DNA from: Marsupella aquatica
Lineage: Eukaryota > Plantae > Marchantiophyta
Reading direction: 5' to 3'
DNA length: 64,000 nucleotides
Assembly (NCBI GenBank): GCA_973895155.1
Contig: OZ316894.1
Coordinates: 25,963,240 to 26,027,239 of the forward strand
Within the stretch, counting starts at the first letter, position 1, and the number at the start of each line of letters is the position of its first letter. The position numbers were made by a program, and so were the translations under genes. Below the pieces are notes generated by a model. It had not been told where the DNA came from. It was given only the letters and a program-made list of their open reading frames with translations, and did no database searches. This document shows, piece after piece, positions 1 through 12,487 of this stretch.

Positions 1-1503
1 GGATAAGGCAACTGCTCTACAGACCCCACATGCTTGCAAGAAAGTCAAAGATATGACTTAGAGCCCAAGAATAGGGCAGTGTTTCCTTTTGTTCAACACT
101 TTATGAATTAGAACCAAGTCACCAAGTGTGATAAAACGCACGTGGCATGTAAGATCAAGGACCCCATGGAGTGTTCTTCTAACGTTGGCCCCCCCTTTTT
201 AGGAATAAATCTGGCCAGTGCTGCGAGAACACATATACAAACATTGCGTTCTCTCTCCTCACAAAGATTATTCTCAGGGTGATGGGCATGTGGTCAGAAG
301 TAAGGTTTCCATTTTGGAATTTTCCACACGGCGTAACTAGCATGTGGACCTCTAAGATTATTCCAAATGTGGCGTAGTCACGCCCATGACTTTAGCTGAG
401 TAAGGTGCCATCAGCATGTGGGCCTTCAACTAACGTGACAATAGAACAAAGTTCTCCATACGTCATTTTTGAAAGGGAATTTCTTCTGTACTCTGTAGTC
501 TACTCCTTTCCAACCTTTTCCTTCCTATTAAAAGCAAAAATACCTTTTCTAGGACAAGTGTGGTCTGGTTGACTATGATAGGGGCCCTCGTTTGGCCACT
601 GTTATTTTTTGGCCTTGCTTTGGGTGTAGGTCCGTTGGGGCTCAAATTTTTTGTTCGTGGTGTTTCCTCCCTGTGCTAAGAGCGCAAGTACACTACATCA
701 GATCGATCATAAAATTGACACCTATTTAAGAAATAAGCTTGGGACACTCACACACAGGCTGGATCAATAGAGGCTGGTTCAATAGGACTGTCAACCACTA
801 TCCTTTTTGACAATGCACTTGTCAGCAGATGTTGCCAATGCTACAATGTGCTCAGGCCAGAACCATCCAGTGCAGGTTTAGCAATCTGTGGTTCGAAGTG
901 CGCCACAGCAAAGGCTTGCCCCTTTAGAGGTAATCCATGTCCTACTAGCAGACTTGATGTACATTAGATGTGTATCATTAGATCATCACACTATTGTTGT
1001 GGTAGAGCTTTCTCTTTCCTTTTCTACTTTCTAGGTTTTTGGGGTTACATCCTGGACCTTTTTACTTTAGGCCTCTGTACATACTGTATGTTCGGCTTTT
1101 TAGTCAATTGATACTTTTTAGCACTTGGTTCTTGCAATTTGGGCAGCTCCCGGGGCAGCTTTTTTTGGTGATGTTCTTAATTTCTCCAACAAAACACACA
1201 AACATCCCCGACCTCTCCTTTTTTCTTTAATCAGTTCATGGATCCCCGATTAGTTCGCAGCTTAAAAGAAATCTTGTTGAACATTTTGACCTCCGATCCA
1301 GACCCAGAAAAGTGATCCCACCACAAATTCCACCCATCCACACAACAGCAGCAGCTCACTCGGATTCCAGTGCATAGCCTACATCAGGATTGATATATTG
1401 TATGTAACCTCCCCTCTCCTTTTCTCCACTGGCTGCCTCAATACGCTAATGACACCAGATTGAACACTGACCAGACCATGACGCTCTGATTGAATTCTAC
1501 TCG

Positions 1504-1508
<5 letters not shown>

Positions 1509-1556
<48 letters not shown>
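1509..1556. repeat. (TC)n microsatellite
   Basis: Perfect TC dinucleotide run of about 24 units. Confidence 0.95.
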
Positions 1557-1560
<4 letters not shown>

Positions 1561-1694
1561 ACCGAACCCAACCCAAACATTCCAATACGGGAATGTCATT
1601 TCCCGTATCTTTTTTCATTCTTTCAAATATTTTATTGTTGGTAACTTGGAAGTTTGAGTCCAAATACCCTCAACCCGAATTCCTGAATTTTTTT

Positions 1695-2050
1695 AGATTT
1701 CCAACATTGAGTCCGACATTGACAAATTTCATGTCAGATTTTATCACGGTACTAAAGAGATCATGAGGTTTTCAATGTCTCTAGCTTTCTAATGTGTGAC
1801 ATTGGGAGTATTCGTCAAGAATTAGAGAGATCATATGCAAGTATCCAAATTTCTCTAGCTTTCCAATGAACCTAACATTGATAGATTTTGTCGAGTACTA
1901 AGGAGATGATAAGTTTCTAATCTTGCTCTAGCTTTCCAATGAGTGTGACATTGAGAGATTTTATCAAGACAATACTATAGAGGTCATGAGTTTATAAATC
2001 TTGATCTTGAGCTTTCCAATGAATCTAACATTGACAGATTTCATCAAGTT
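1695..2050. repeat. Degenerate ~73-bp tandem repeat (core ctagctttccaatga..gacattga)
   Basis: ctagctttc recurs at 1781, 1855 and 1928; related units at ~3900-4004 and 7625-7641. Confidence 0.75.
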
Positions 2051-2160
2051 TTACAATGTGGAGCCAACTTAGGGGTTCTAACTATGTACATTTCTATCGA
2101 TTGGTTGTTTCAAACTTGCAAACAATTAAATGCTATATAGGCATTTTGATGTAAAACACT

Positions 2161-2441
2161 CTCTTGGGTCTCACTATATGGAGGCCTGCCATCACCTACA
2201 ACATTTTTAGGCCTTGGAGCCCTAAAATGTAAAAATAAATAAAAAATTCAACCCCTATAAAGTTAGAATATTCCAAAATTTGGTTAGAAGGGCCCTAATG
2301 TTCTTATAAGTCTCAAAACTGAATTTAAAATACCTTATTCTTCTTATCAGAAAATTTTTAAGTCTTCCCTTCAAACCAATAAAATGACCCTATCCTTCGT
2401 CACGCGAGATGTGTCATTTTTGTGGAAGTAAAACCCCCACG
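2161..2441. mobile_element. ~280-bp non-autonomous MITE derived from the P-like family
   Basis: Left end ctcttgggtctcactatatggagg matches the 3' end of element 49134-58849. The reverse complement of the right ~100 bp matches that element's 5' end. Flanked by aaacact on both sides. Confidence 0.8.
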
Positions 2442-4314
2442 AAACACTGATATATCATTGACAAACATGAGAATGGTAACTTTATTTTATGGTTACAGTG
2501 AAAAAAATGACATCTCTTCCTTTGTATATTCTGGTTTTTTTATGCTTAATACTTACGGCATGGCGCCCCATAATTTACACAAATATGGACACAAACATCA
2601 AGGACCTTTTTGATTTTCAGAAAACCTGCTTTGTCCTGTTTGTCACCATCCTTGCTAATGTGGTGCATCCTCACGCCAGTGAATTTGGAAGGGACCCCTA
2701 ATGGGGGTCTGTAACTAACCTCTGATTTCAGGGCTTCCAATGGCTTTGCTTGATCATAGTTTTCTTCCAACAACACACTTAACCACAAGAAAGGCAGTTA
2801 GATTTGCCACTTGCACATGTAGGATATTGGGTTCCAAGGCTCTAAAAATTTCCTACATGGGAACGTGTTTTCAATTCTATCGTAAGAGGATAGCTTGGGC
2901 TCATATAAATATATTGTTATGGGGAATAAGGTTTGGCCATGCTGCTAAGGTGTGCTTTAATAACATTGCTTAGGCTGATGTGTATTGTCTAATCACTCCA
3001 AGGGAATTTATCAACTGCACTGATATACATAATGCTATTATCCTAGTGACAAATGATTTCCTTCATAGGCTGAGCATGCTTGTGAACATTGTTTGTTTCC
3101 AAATCCTAGATTTAAATCCGAGGAGTATTCCCAAAACTCACCACAACCATTCTGAATATGCGCATCATGGTGGACGTCACATGGTATGGCACGAAGAACT
3201 CAAAAATTGGTTATGGACCCCCATTAGGGATCCTTTCCAAAATTCCTGGCTCCACAATGCGCCACATCATCATGACACGTTGCAAACAGGAAGAGACTTG
3301 TTTTTGGATAGAACTTCTGCATTCGTGTTTGTGGAAACTTTGCTGTAAAAACTGGGACGCCATGCCGTTAAAAAAGAATGTAAAAAAAAGTGACATGCAA
3401 ATCAAAAGACAAAAAGATTAAAATTAAACTGCTCCCAGTAACGGCTTTATATACATTTTGATTTTATTCAAAACATAAAAATTTTCCGGCAACAATTTTT
3501 TATTTGACATTGCTGAGTCAAATCATAATGAAAACTCACCTATAATATGGCGTTGGAAAGATCTTGAAGAGACGGTCCTAATGAGCTCAGCATTGTCACC
3601 ATTCTATAAGAATTGAGTAAGTAACTGATTCAACATTGAGATTTAAACACACCAAAATGTCTGAGGGACTAATTCCAGATGAAGAAGTTTAGTAGGTAGT
3701 GCTCGACCCGAACCTGAAGGGCTAAAGGCACGTAGCGCGCGGGGAGCAATGGAAGGCCCCGCAGGGACAAAATAGATTTTACCCATAATTTCATAATCTC
3801 TAATGTGAATATAAATTTTTGTCATAAACCCCTTAAATGTTGACCCCTTCCACGAGAATGAACCTAAAATTGACTTAGTTTATGAGTAGTAAGGAGATTA
3901 TGAAATTTAGAATATCTTCAGCTTTTTAATGAACTTAACATTGATAGATTTAGTTGAGTTTTGAGGAGATTATAAGTTTCCAATGTTCTCTAGCTTTCCA
4001 ATGATCAAATATACACACTTTGTATATACAAAGGGACCGATCAGAGTACAAATGAACAAACATAAGAGGGCCCAAGTGGACAAAACCAATCGAAAAAGAA
4101 GTGAGCAAAAGGGAACCACTAAACACCAAGAAAGAGGAACTAAAAGTAAGAAATGAGCAATAAGGAACCCCTAAAAACCAAGAAAGAGAGACTAAAACTA
4201 ACCCAAGCAGACCAAGGCCCTCATCCTTCCTAGCGAATGTGGCAAAAAGCTACTGGTCCACATCAAGGGTCAAAACTAGATCGGCAAGTGGGATTGGAAC
4301 ATCCTCTAGGGGAG

Positions 4315-7300
4315 CTAGCCGTTGCGGACACTAGCACCCACTGTAAGAGATCGACGATAGATGGCCCGAGCTTGAGCACGCTGCAAGGTGACTAAAATGC
4401 GTTGGCAAAAGTGCGTGGTCAAAATAGAAAGCGGGGGTCCGGTGGGACCCATGCGGCCATGAACATCCCGGGCAGCTTGCCGAAGAAGCCCATCAAACTG
4501 AGGATGAAGACGCCAAAATAGCTCCAAAGCAAGGGGGAGGAAGCTGTCGGATGAAGCTCGTGCAGCATATTTGGCCTCCTTCGTTGTTGCCGCACGTGAC
4601 GCTGCTGCCCCTGCCATAGTTGCCGCTGTCCCAATGATGTCTTGGCGCAATGGGTTTGCCACCACTACATCTGCCAATGTACGTTGACCCTCACGGACCA
4701 TGGTAAGATCCACTCGTAACCGCTGTGATGGAGGACCAGGTAACTCGAGTACCACCTCCCGCCGCACGCATACCAAAGAGCCAGAGAGAACCTGAGCAGT
4801 CGCATCTCGCACAGCGTCATGAACAATAATGGTTTCACCTCATCAATCTATTAATTAAAAGTGAATTATTATTCAATTTATGAACATTTGGGCAATAGAA
4901 AGTGTACATTTGGCTTTCAAAAAGTGTACATTTGGGCAAGAAATAAAGGTGATGGCCATCAGACATACCACCATGTTCATCCTTTATAAACGAACTAGGA
5001 TGAGACTCCTTCTAGTAAAGATTATTTTTTCTCCCTTAAGTTTACAATTGACCATTTAGGTGTAGAGTATTGTACTATAGTATACCTTTTGGGTTTAAAA
5101 AGTGTACATTTAGAGACCAAAAAGTGTACATTTCGAGGCCTAAAAGTGAACAAAATAAAATACACTTTTAATGAATAGGGTGATCCTCCCAAACTGCACC
5201 AAAGAAGATGGACACCTGTGGCATCACAAGGCTTCCCACAAGTGCAAGAAGGGGGTAAACCTGCAAGAAGTGGGTGGGGCAGCCCCCTACAAAGACGCAT
5301 GGCTGTGGAGAACTCCGTTGAAGACATCCGCAAATGAGGAATGACTGGATTGGCCTGAAGCCATCCACCTGCGCCCTTCCCTCCGGAAGAAAGAATCCGA
5401 GCTCGGTCCGTGTCAGGTGCCTCGGAGAGGATGCTGGAAAGGGTGAAAGCGTGCATACGCCCAACGAGGTCTGCCTGAAGATGAACGGGATCCAAGGATA
5501 AAAACTCCTGAAAAGAAGGTAACGTGGCGCGAACGGGATCTGGTAATGAGGACCGTGCTGCGCGCAAATGAACTTGAAACGGGAGGGAACCCTTCTCTAC
5601 CTCCATGAGAGATGAAAGTAAAAAAGGGCGATCCTCAATAAGAAAATGATCGGCCAACAATGAGAAGGTGGCCGCCCACGCACCCAAAAAGGCCAAAGGT
5701 GCAAGGCTCTCAATGGAAGTAAGCCCAAAACCACCCTGCAAAATAGGAAGACTGAGTTGTCGATGAAGCCACGGAGATGAGAGCAACGTACCCGGCCCCA
5801 AAAGAGAGGCCAGGGTCTGACGAATGGAGACATCAAATGCTCGAAGGTGGAGACAAAGATCCTCGGTAGGGGGATGCGTCCTAGCCAGATAAGACGCACG
5901 AGGGTGGATGCACCTCAACAACATCCCAAATGCTGCCTGAGAATCTGCTAACTTAGGGAGCATAGGAGTAGAGGCTAAGGCAGCCTGTAGAGAGTCAACG
6001 ATGAAAGAGGAGCAAAAGGAGGCGGTACCGACTGGGGAGCCAAGGACCCGAAGACCATCGGCTGGACGTAAGAACCCTGGGGGAAGCGCAAGATCAGAGG
6101 GTAACCCAGCTAGACTCCATGCACGACTCTTCACAGGCTGAACTCGTAAACCGAGGCCCATCAAATGGGTGGAAAGAGTGGCGAGGGCAGAAGTAACCGC
6201 GGCAGGAGGACCAATGATGTGGGTGTCATCTGAAAGGGAGGGGAAGATACATTGGGGGTTGGCCAAGGCGGCTTCTCGTAAAGCTGTAAAATGGGCAATG
6301 GCAAAAAGAGGCCCACCCAAAGGGTCACCCTGACAAGTACCTTCTGCAGAGGAAAGAGTGGTATACACACCTGTAGAGGAGTGATGACTATAGAAGAGTG
6401 GGGCCTCGAGTCCATAAAAACAACGGACAAAGGGGATCAGGGACTGGATGTCTGGATCCGCCGCCCTCAAAGCACGAAAAATGGCTGCCCGAGAAACCGT
6501 ATTAAAAGCGTTAGAGACATCAACCTGGAGGACAACCCAATCAGGGTGGAGGTTCAAGGTAGCTCGAATACCCGCAATAATTGTCTCACAACCGCCAGGA
6601 ATGCCAACTGCAAACTGATGTGGAGAGAGATGATCCGATAGTGCAGAGCGAAACTGCGAGGAAAGTGTGCGAGACACAAGCCAAAGAAAAACCTCCCCAA
6701 TAGCAATTGGCCGAACACCCGGTGAAGACTTAGCCATGGCCAATAAAAGAGAAGCACTCAAGAGCCGAGAGACGGGAGGAGGCAAATGACACTGGCAAAA
6801 GGAGAAGAAAACTGGAAAACCAAACTGAGGATCCTCAGGGGGGAATAAATCCCGAAAATGCTCAAAGACATAGCCGGAGGGGCCACCAGCAGCGCAACGC
6901 GGGGCATGGAGGAAGGCATAGGTGAAGTGGTCCCTACTAAATTGAAGATCCTCCTCAGGCTCAAAATCCTCTACGAACAAAGGGAGCTGATCATGGGGCT
7001 GCGAACGGAGATCCTGAAGGGCCAACGAGGTGACCTCGCCAGGGGGGGCTGGTGTGGTGGGAGAAAGGGCCTGGACAGCCCGACGATATTCACCAGCCTG
7101 GGCTAAACGACAAGAGCGACAAAAACGTCTATGCTCAGGGGGATGAGAGTGGCAGGCTGGGTCAGACAAAGCACGGGCGGTAAAAGACCGGGCGCGAAGA
7201 AAGTACTCTTCCTGAAGCTGCTCCCAATCTCCCCGCTAAAAATGATGGATACGAGAGGCAGTCTCACGGTGACCCAAACGACCACCATGACTAGGGAGGG

Positions 7301-7624
7301 TAAGAGACCACTGTGGAAAAAGCATCAGTAAAGACCAGTAGGAGACCTCCATAGGATGCGCCAAGATAAGCTGCATGAGTTGCAACAAGGAGGACCGAAC
7401 TAAAGGGCGCAGCGCCAGAGGAATGTGGTTATAAAGGCGAGGTCTAATGTACCCTGGATGGTAGGCTGGAAGGGGGTCAAGAGTGCGAACCCAACTCCAT
7501 GCCTGCTCGGGAGCCTCCAAGGAGGGAGGGGAAGAGCTAACCGGGTCAATAGGGGGCTGAGGTTGGGATTGTGCTTGCTGGTGATGATGGCACCGGCCCC
7601 GCCCGCGATGATGAGGGAGGGAGA
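4315..7624 (-). pseudogene. Reverse transcriptase + RLE endonuclease ORF, interrupted by a MITE and frameshifted near its 5' end
   Basis: Motifs GVRPIAIGE, DVSNAFN, QGDPLG, LSDD, HDAVRD, RVDL..LADV. Removing 4842-5188 restores the frame (CSLGG|ETIIVHD). Confidence 0.85.
4842..5184. mobile_element. 343-bp MITE with ~22-bp imperfect TIR and 4-bp TSD
   Basis: Starts atcaatctattaattaaaagtg; reverse complement of the end is atcaccctattcattaaaagtg. TSD cctc at 4838-4841 and 5185-5188; internal aaaagtgtacattt repeats. Confidence 0.85.
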
Positions 7625-9168
7625 TTTCCAATGAGTGTGACAGTAGTTCATACTGCTGGTTTTGTGATTGATGTTAATTATGGTTGCATTGGTAAGCTTG
7701 GCAACTGTTTCAAGTGTCAATCAAACATTGACTTGTCCATTTTTGAAATTTTTTTCTTTAGAATTGGAGGTCCATCTAGGCTTCAGTTTCTAGATAACTG
7801 CCTCTAAAATAAAATGGGGTCCACGGATTAATTATTACCTGAGATATGATAGTAAAACCAAAGTGAACCAAAAAAACACAGGGATGTAAAAACCCACAGA
7901 AAATCATGTTTTGTTGCACAGGGTAGGAATTAAAGCCACCCAACACAAAATCCTTGTAACCCGCTCTCTACCAAGGCTTATTTCTTCCTTTAAAGTGTCA
8001 CACAATACTAGATCTAGTATCTAATATACACAACCATATGCAAATCATCTCTGTCCAGGGTCACTCACATTTCAAGACCATGGTACCACTTTGTTGTAAG
8101 GGAAGTAAGTCAGATGTAGCTCTCCACTACTAAGGTTCAGTCAAGCACTTCCCTTTGGTAACCTTGTATCAAAATTTAAGGTTAGGCATGGAGAGTAGTA
8201 CTATCCTCTAAGGTCAACTAGTATCCGGAAAGAATCATCTAGGTACATGAACAATTCTTAGTCGGGCATTTTTAGTTCCCAGCCTGTATCTTCCTTATTC
8301 TGGTGCATGGCTTGCATAGACTGAGGCGAGGACTGAGGTTGTGCCCATATCTGTTGTAGATGGAATTAAACAAACAAAACAATATAAGTGACATAGACCT
8401 CAGGAAAGCCTTCTGACTGGGGTTTTAAGAGAGGGCTTAAATTTTAGGCATTTACTCTTTGGTTTAGAGGCATTAACTCCTAGGTCTAGAGTTACTATGT
8501 AACCGCAATTAGTCAAATAGTGACCAGGTGCTTGGTATGGCTATGTGCTACTACTGTATTCACTGTCTAGTAGGACTCACTAACCCCGTTAGTAACTAGT
8601 GAGTGGAACTTAGACCCATTGTTATAGAGCGAGTTGGCAATGCAAATAGGAAGAACTCAGTCTGTGGAGACTTGGTACAACCAGCATGCTTAGAGTCCAA
8701 TTATATGCTTTTGTATGTTGTCATGTTTCTCTGGTGAGGTGAACCATGTATCTCTTGTGTCAACTACTTGTCTGTTTGTTGTCCATGTGCATGTTATCTT
8801 ATGAGTAGCAATCATTTGCTCAACATACTTAAAGCTATGGTTTCCACATAATTGCTGCTGAATCAATACAATCTATGTACTTCTAATATGTTTAAATAAG
8901 GATGTTTTAGAACTCCCCTCCTATATTGAGAAACACCACCCTAGGACATAAGTCCACAAGCCAATGTGGTACCCAAGCTTGAGCCTAGGTCACCAGACTT
9001 CCTTCTGCCTGGTTTGAGCCATCAATTCAAACATTTGATATCCCTACCTACTGCAGATAGAATGTCCTTTTGAAGTATTGTGGGAACCCTTTATCCTTGT
9101 TTTTCTTTAAATGGTGTAGATGGTTACATCATTTCATATTTAGGTTTCTATACAATCCTCCTTCCCTT

Positions 9169-9530
9169 TGTTGGGGATCTAATTGGACAACATGACAGCA
9201 AAAGGAACTAGCATACATTCAACATGAATGAACATCAACAAAGAGAGTACGTGGTTCACCCCGTCTGGGCTACGTCCATGGCCATGAGAGAAGAATCAAT
9301 ATGAATGTAACAATACATCCACCATAGCCTAGATCCACTATGACCTGAAATCTCTCACCCTCCAGCCTCAGCACATAAAAGATTGAACTCTCAATTGTGA
9401 GCACACATTTGGGTTCCCCTTGGGTATACCCCATCCCATGGTCTATGGGAACTTGGAACTCAAATGAGGGCTACCATTATCTGCTAAAGAACTAGTACTA
9501 TGGAAGTAAATATGTTATACTAGAGGCATA
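9169..9530 (-). mobile_element. Possible LTR remnant
   Basis: Minus-strand motif atggacgtagccc..gggtgaaccacgta resembles plant LTR ends and recurs at ~24935. Boundaries are approximate. Confidence 0.3.
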
Positions 9531-12242
9531 ACCTGACACCCTTGTCAATAGAGTGGGGTTTTCCTCAAGAAAGTTTTATTAATAGAGGGAAACCAAACTC
9601 CATGCAATTTGGGTTAAGCACCAGTAAAGTGGGTTCATATCGTGGAACCCCAGCCAAAAAAACAAACGAACATTGAGAGAAAAAAAAGACCTTAAGATAG
9701 ACGACACAAGTTTTAGAGGATAGTAATTAGCCTTGCATTATGGGAGAGGCTGTGAGCTTTTATCCCCTAATAGTAGACTACAGTAGCAGAGCTACCCACA
9801 AGAGGGCACCCATTAGGACCACACAAATATCTGGTTTGGCTTGTCTAAGATGCCAATCTGTTATCACCTGACTTGAGATTTTTGGATCTTTTGATAGGGT
9901 AGTGTAGTGGGATAGAATTTTGGGGCGGGCTTACTTTGAACACATTGATGGTGGTGGTCAAAGGTTCAGAGATTAGGTCCTGTTGTAGCTTGCATCCGAA
10001 GATTCACCCTTATCTCACAAAAAGGCTTAGAATCTTCTTCTTAATTGTTGCCCATAATGGGGTTTCCATGCTCTTCGAGATATTCCTGCTTTTAATTCTG
10101 ATGATGAACTAGGCACTAGTACTCATATGACGTGGGAGCCTCCATATAAAATGATATCCTGTCTAAGATCGCTTTTTTGGGGGGCAAGTTATGTCACTGT
10201 TTTGTTACGGGCAATTGATGACACTCTTCCATGAGGTTATTCGAAGTCCTCATTGGTTTCCTTCAATTTCACGTCAAGAAGATATAAGATAGTATTTGAG
10301 TCCCCAAACTCTTGTTGGGCCTCGTGGGGTTAATGGACCTTTGGTCTTTCTGGGGTTTTCCTATGTTTCTCCCCTTCATTGGGTCGCCTGCCTTTGGAAT
10401 CCTATCGCCCTGTTTAACGGCTTTTGTTGTTTGGTAGTTCTGACATTTATTTGTAGCGTCTGCAAGGCACTTGATTTCCAAGTCAAAAAAAGTTCAAAGC
10501 CTTGGGGTCCTCCCTATGGATTTTCCCAATTTTTTGTGTTTCGCTTTCATAGTCTTCTCATTGTTGCATTTTGGTTGAGGTGTATCTGACACAAACGGAA
10601 AAGATTGAGTGGAAGGTTGGAATGTAGGGCCTGGATCACGATAGGGTAAGTTGTAGGGAGAATAAATAAAAACTGTCTTAGGTTTTCTTGAAATTTTTAA
10701 TGGACAAAAACTGTATTCTTACATCTCGAGATGTTCTTTCATGTGAATCTTAGATCACACCCTACATGGTTAAATAAGATTGTTACACCAAAAAAAACAA
10801 ATCTGGACTTGTCCCAATCCAGATCATTATAACCAATTGGCTTGCAAGGATGAACTTTTGAATTGAGAAAATAGGAATTCCGTGTTTGAGCAGAAAATCG
10901 CTAACCTAGATGTAGGTCTTGGAGAGCCTATCATTTCTGTCAAAGCAATCTTTTAAGAGAAGAAAAACTGTCCCAAATACTCTTCAGATGCCAACGGGAG
11001 AGCAAGTCATTTCTATCACCAATGACAGTGTTTAGATTTCTTTCCTATATGCTCTTCTGACGCCAAAGACACAGGTCAACGCTAGTGATGTGAGAAGTAA
11101 GGAACCCATCTCAGACGAGTGCAGTACAATAGCGGCTAATAAGATCTTTTCCTTATTTTCGTTTGCCACGTGGACAATGTATGAGAACCACACTAGCAGA
11201 AACCCATGTAATATATATCACACTGCCATATTCTCGTGAAGAGAGCTCGTCCATGTATTCAACGGTAGTTTCTTATTCCTATCCCAGAATTATTACTATA
11301 CTTGCAATCACATCAAAAACAGAGTCATCCCAATATCCACTTCAGAAATTCTAGTTCTGGGATGTAATTGTGATTTTCTCAGTTCACTGATGGAATATAG
11401 GACATGAACTGGGCAGTTTGCTGTCATAACATGCACCCAGCAATCGTGGCTGATATAGGGATGTGCTTTCATAACAGTTGGAGATGAATTCAACTTCCAG
11501 CCTGGAGCAGAATTTAAAAGGAAGAGTCCGACTCAGATCAGGATGTAAGCCGGAACAAAACATAGGCAGAACTAAGATGTTACAAACATGAGTACTGTTT
11601 GGCACAAGGCAGGGAATACTAACCAGAGCCTGCATAATTCAGCGAAGGGAACTAAATCATGTATTCGGAAACTGACAGTACTCGATCTCGGGGAAACATT
11701 AAGTCACGGGTCAGACCTTATCCTGACCATTACAATACCAATAGTTGTCGACCGACGATCATGTCTATGTTGCCATGCTAGGAGACCACTGTTTATCTTC
11801 AAATGTTGCATCATTTGAGGAGCCCACATATCCAAAACCAGCAAAAAATTAGAAATCCCAACTCTGATATGAAAGCGCTAGAAGGTGATGGGGGGAAGAA
11901 CTTTCTAGGACAGTTAACAGAGGTTGACAATATTTAGGGTGAGGGGTTAGACTGGCCAGGAGAGAATGCCCACTCCATAAAACGAGGAAAAAATTGTTAC
12001 TGCCTATGACGACTGGACTGTCATGTTACAGTTTCATATTTCGCACCTTGGTACAAATATTACTGCCATCACGGCTGAAGCGATTAAGACCAATCAAGCT
12101 GAGCACTACGTTCTAAACTACAGAGTTGTTTCCCTTCCCATAACCATGAGATGGAAAACCATGAATCTTAGAATGAATCTTAGAATGGAATTGATATCAT
12201 TCTGCTATCCTGCTTCTGACTACCGTGCTTTTGAATGAGACC

Positions 12243-12485
12243 CTACTTAAAGTACAAAGGTTTGGAGATCATCATCTAATGAAGCTTGCAGACACTACAG
12301 CAACGAATAAATATTAAATGCAAGAGATTGAAGCAAAGATGCCAAAACCTGCTTCTCTACCTGAATTTTCTACTTAAAGTAGAAAGGTTTGGAGATCATC
12401 ATCTAATGAAGCTTGCAGAACGAATATATATAGAATGCAGGAGACTGAAGCAAAGACACCAAAACCTGCTTCTATACCTGAATTG
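12243..12485. repeat. ~127-bp tandem duplication just 3' of SS4
   Basis: ctacttaaagta.aaaggtttggagatcatcatctaatgaagcttgcaga starts at both 12243 and 12370. Confidence 0.85.
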
Positions 12486-12487
12486 TC

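Larger units (their letters stand above)
4005..7624 (-). mobile_element. 5'-truncated RLE-type non-LTR retrotransposon (CRE-like)
   Basis: RT followed by a Cys/His motif and a restriction-like endonuclease; 10-bp TSD tttccaatga at 3995-4004 and 7625-7634. Confidence 0.85.
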
